DNA of 64,000 bases from Eledone cirrhosa (lineage: Eukaryota): positions 58,342,001 to 58,406,000 of the forward strand of contig OZ024741.1 of the NCBI GenBank assembly GCA_964016885.1. Reading direction: 5' to 3'. The position numbers and the translations under genes were made by a program. Each line of letters starts with the position of its first letter. Positions within the stretch are counted from its first letter, which is position 1. The notes under the pieces are model-generated. The model did no database searches, had not been told where the DNA came from, and was given only the letters and a program-made list of their open reading frames with translations. This document shows positions 62,480-64,000 of this stretch, piece after piece.

Positions 62480-62625
62480 ATCAAAATAGCAGAGTTGTTA
62501 GAATGTCAGAATGTGTAGCTGCATTTGTTCTGGCTTTCTGTGCCCAAAATATAAATCCAACTAAAGCTATCTTTACCTTTCACTCTTTCAAGGTCAATAA
62601 AGTATCAGTCTAGTACTGGGGCCAA
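62480..62625 (+). mobile_element. MetaSINE-like SINE, degenerate; family A SINE remnants at ~61430-61550 and ~62140-62250
   Basis: gcagagttgttagaatg..ctttacctttcactctttcaaggtcaataaagtatcag..tactgggg. Confidence 0.55.
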
Positions 62626-62738
62626 TTCTTCCTCTCTCTTACTTCCTCATATTCTCTCTTCTCACTTCCTACTACTCCTCTCTTTCTTTGAAAGAATTTG
62701 ACTGTTCTTACCTGGAGAGGTATGGCTTCTGCCAGGTT

Positions 62739-62947
62739 TAAACCCTTAGCATTTAAACCGGCTGTATCCGGCCAGGATTCTCTCACCTCTTTCTGTTCAA
62801 ACCGGCCATAACTGGCTACTCATACTAATGTTAAGATATTGTTCTCAAAATAAATAACATTAAAATCTCATAGATTCGATATTATGTGAGATAAAGCCTT
62901 TACCATGAAAATACAATCGTATAGAAATGTAAATTCTAAAGGGTCAA
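62739..62947. mobile_element. TTAA-type MITE of a second subfamily
   Basis: ttaaacccttagcattt ... aaattctaaagggtcaa form imperfect inverted termini. Confidence 0.6.
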
Positions 62948-63055
62948 ATACCCAATATATGCTGCATTGTTGTGTTGTGTTGTATTCAAATTTTCTTAAC
63001 ATTCACATAATTTAATATTGTTTTAAATTTTCATATTTGAATTGTGTTGACAAGT

Positions 63056-63091
63056 TTGACAAAATTGTATTTCTTTATTTTGTAGGTAAGT
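63056..63091 (+). other. Candidate recursive splice site (branch-like TTGAC, pyrimidine tract, TAG|GTAAGT)
   Basis: ttgac aaaattgtatttctttattttgtag|gtaagt; AG at 63084-63085. Confidence 0.4.
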
Positions 63092-63420
63092 AAACTGATT
63101 ATCATTGAAGACTCAGGGTTTGTAACCATTCTTTTTCTTCTCATTTATTTCTTCTCTTCAGCTCTTACAGTTTTAACTCTTGATACAAACATCCCTACAA
63201 CTGTAGCTGTAGTTCAAAAGGCTAGTTTTGTCACATTCTGTGTCACAGTGAATTTCCTTGAGAATTGTCTGTGAAATACTCTGCCAACATACATGTTAAT
63301 TTCATGAGTCAGCCATTCCATTAATAGATCATCTGAAACACTCATCATCTAAGCCAACAAAAGGGCAATTACTTTATTTCAAACACTAAAACTCCACATA
63401 ACTTGGTTAAAGTATTTCTA

Positions 63421-63668
63421 TTAACCCTTTTTATGAGAAACCACCCTTGGTTTTATAATACAAAACTGTTTTGTTTTTTTTAAAGTGTTTATTTAACTAA
63501 AAGTCTTATATAATGATTTTATCTAAAAACCTTCCATCATGATTTTATCTAAAAACCTCTAATGTATATTCCATGCACCAGATTAATAATGAGAAAGTTA
63601 TTTTCGAATTGATTTGAAAATAGTAGGTTCTGCCTTCCATTAGAAAGGGATTGTAATGACTGTGTTAA
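63421..63668. mobile_element. TTAA-type MITE (reverse orientation)
   Basis: ttaaccctttt ... gtaatgactgtgttaa; body matches the 3730 family. Confidence 0.6.
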
Positions 63669-63761
63669 TGATGCCATCGCATAATGCATAATAGAAATAA
63701 GAGAAGGGAGAGACATATGAGCTATCACACTCTTTCCTCATTGTATAGGTTAATAACATTT

Positions 63762-63977
63762 ACTCTTAACGTCCTGTACCACATGGAACTACATTAGCAT
63801 GATATTCTTTAAAAAGTAAAAAAACAGCACTATGACTGCATCACATAAAGAATTAGTCTTTAGTTTTCTATAAATTTCCACAACAATCTGGTTTCTAGTA
63901 AAGATACTGTAAACATTTGAATTAACAAATCTGTTTTTAGATATTTTCTTTTAAATCATTGCAGGGTGTTAAGAGTT
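63762..63977. mobile_element. MITE with 15-bp TIRs
   Basis: actcttaacgtcctg / cagggtgttaagagt (13 of 15 positions complementary). Confidence 0.65.
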
Positions 63978-64000
63978 AGACAGAATTAGCAAACTACTAT

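Overview
This is AT-rich, repeat-dominated eukaryotic DNA that looks intronic or intergenic. The SINE, MITE and RTE families and the microsatellite load resemble an octopus-type cephalopod genome; that is from recall, not a search. No host protein-coding gene can be called with confidence, and the giant Y/I/M/C/V ORFs are microsatellite artefacts. The window holds three young 5'-truncated copies of one RTE-clade LINE whose ORF2 has a C4HC3 PHD finger inside the reverse transcriptase, plus a nearly intact CR1-clade LINE. It also holds bipartite (internally deleted) RTE derivatives, many SINEs, TTAA-flanked MITEs and minisatellites. Most notable: (1) a ~22-kb block (21.9-44.1 kb) of five retroelements in alternating orientation separated only by (TA/TG)n arrays, long at the 5' ends (9.3 and 2.6 kb) and short at the 3' ends; (2) an AUG-less CR1 ORF2 overlapping ORF1 in the -1 frame with in-frame slippery heptamers (U UUU UUA, A AAA AAC); (3) a textbook recursive-splice-site motif at 63.08 kb. 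Boundaries of degenerate repeats are approximate.
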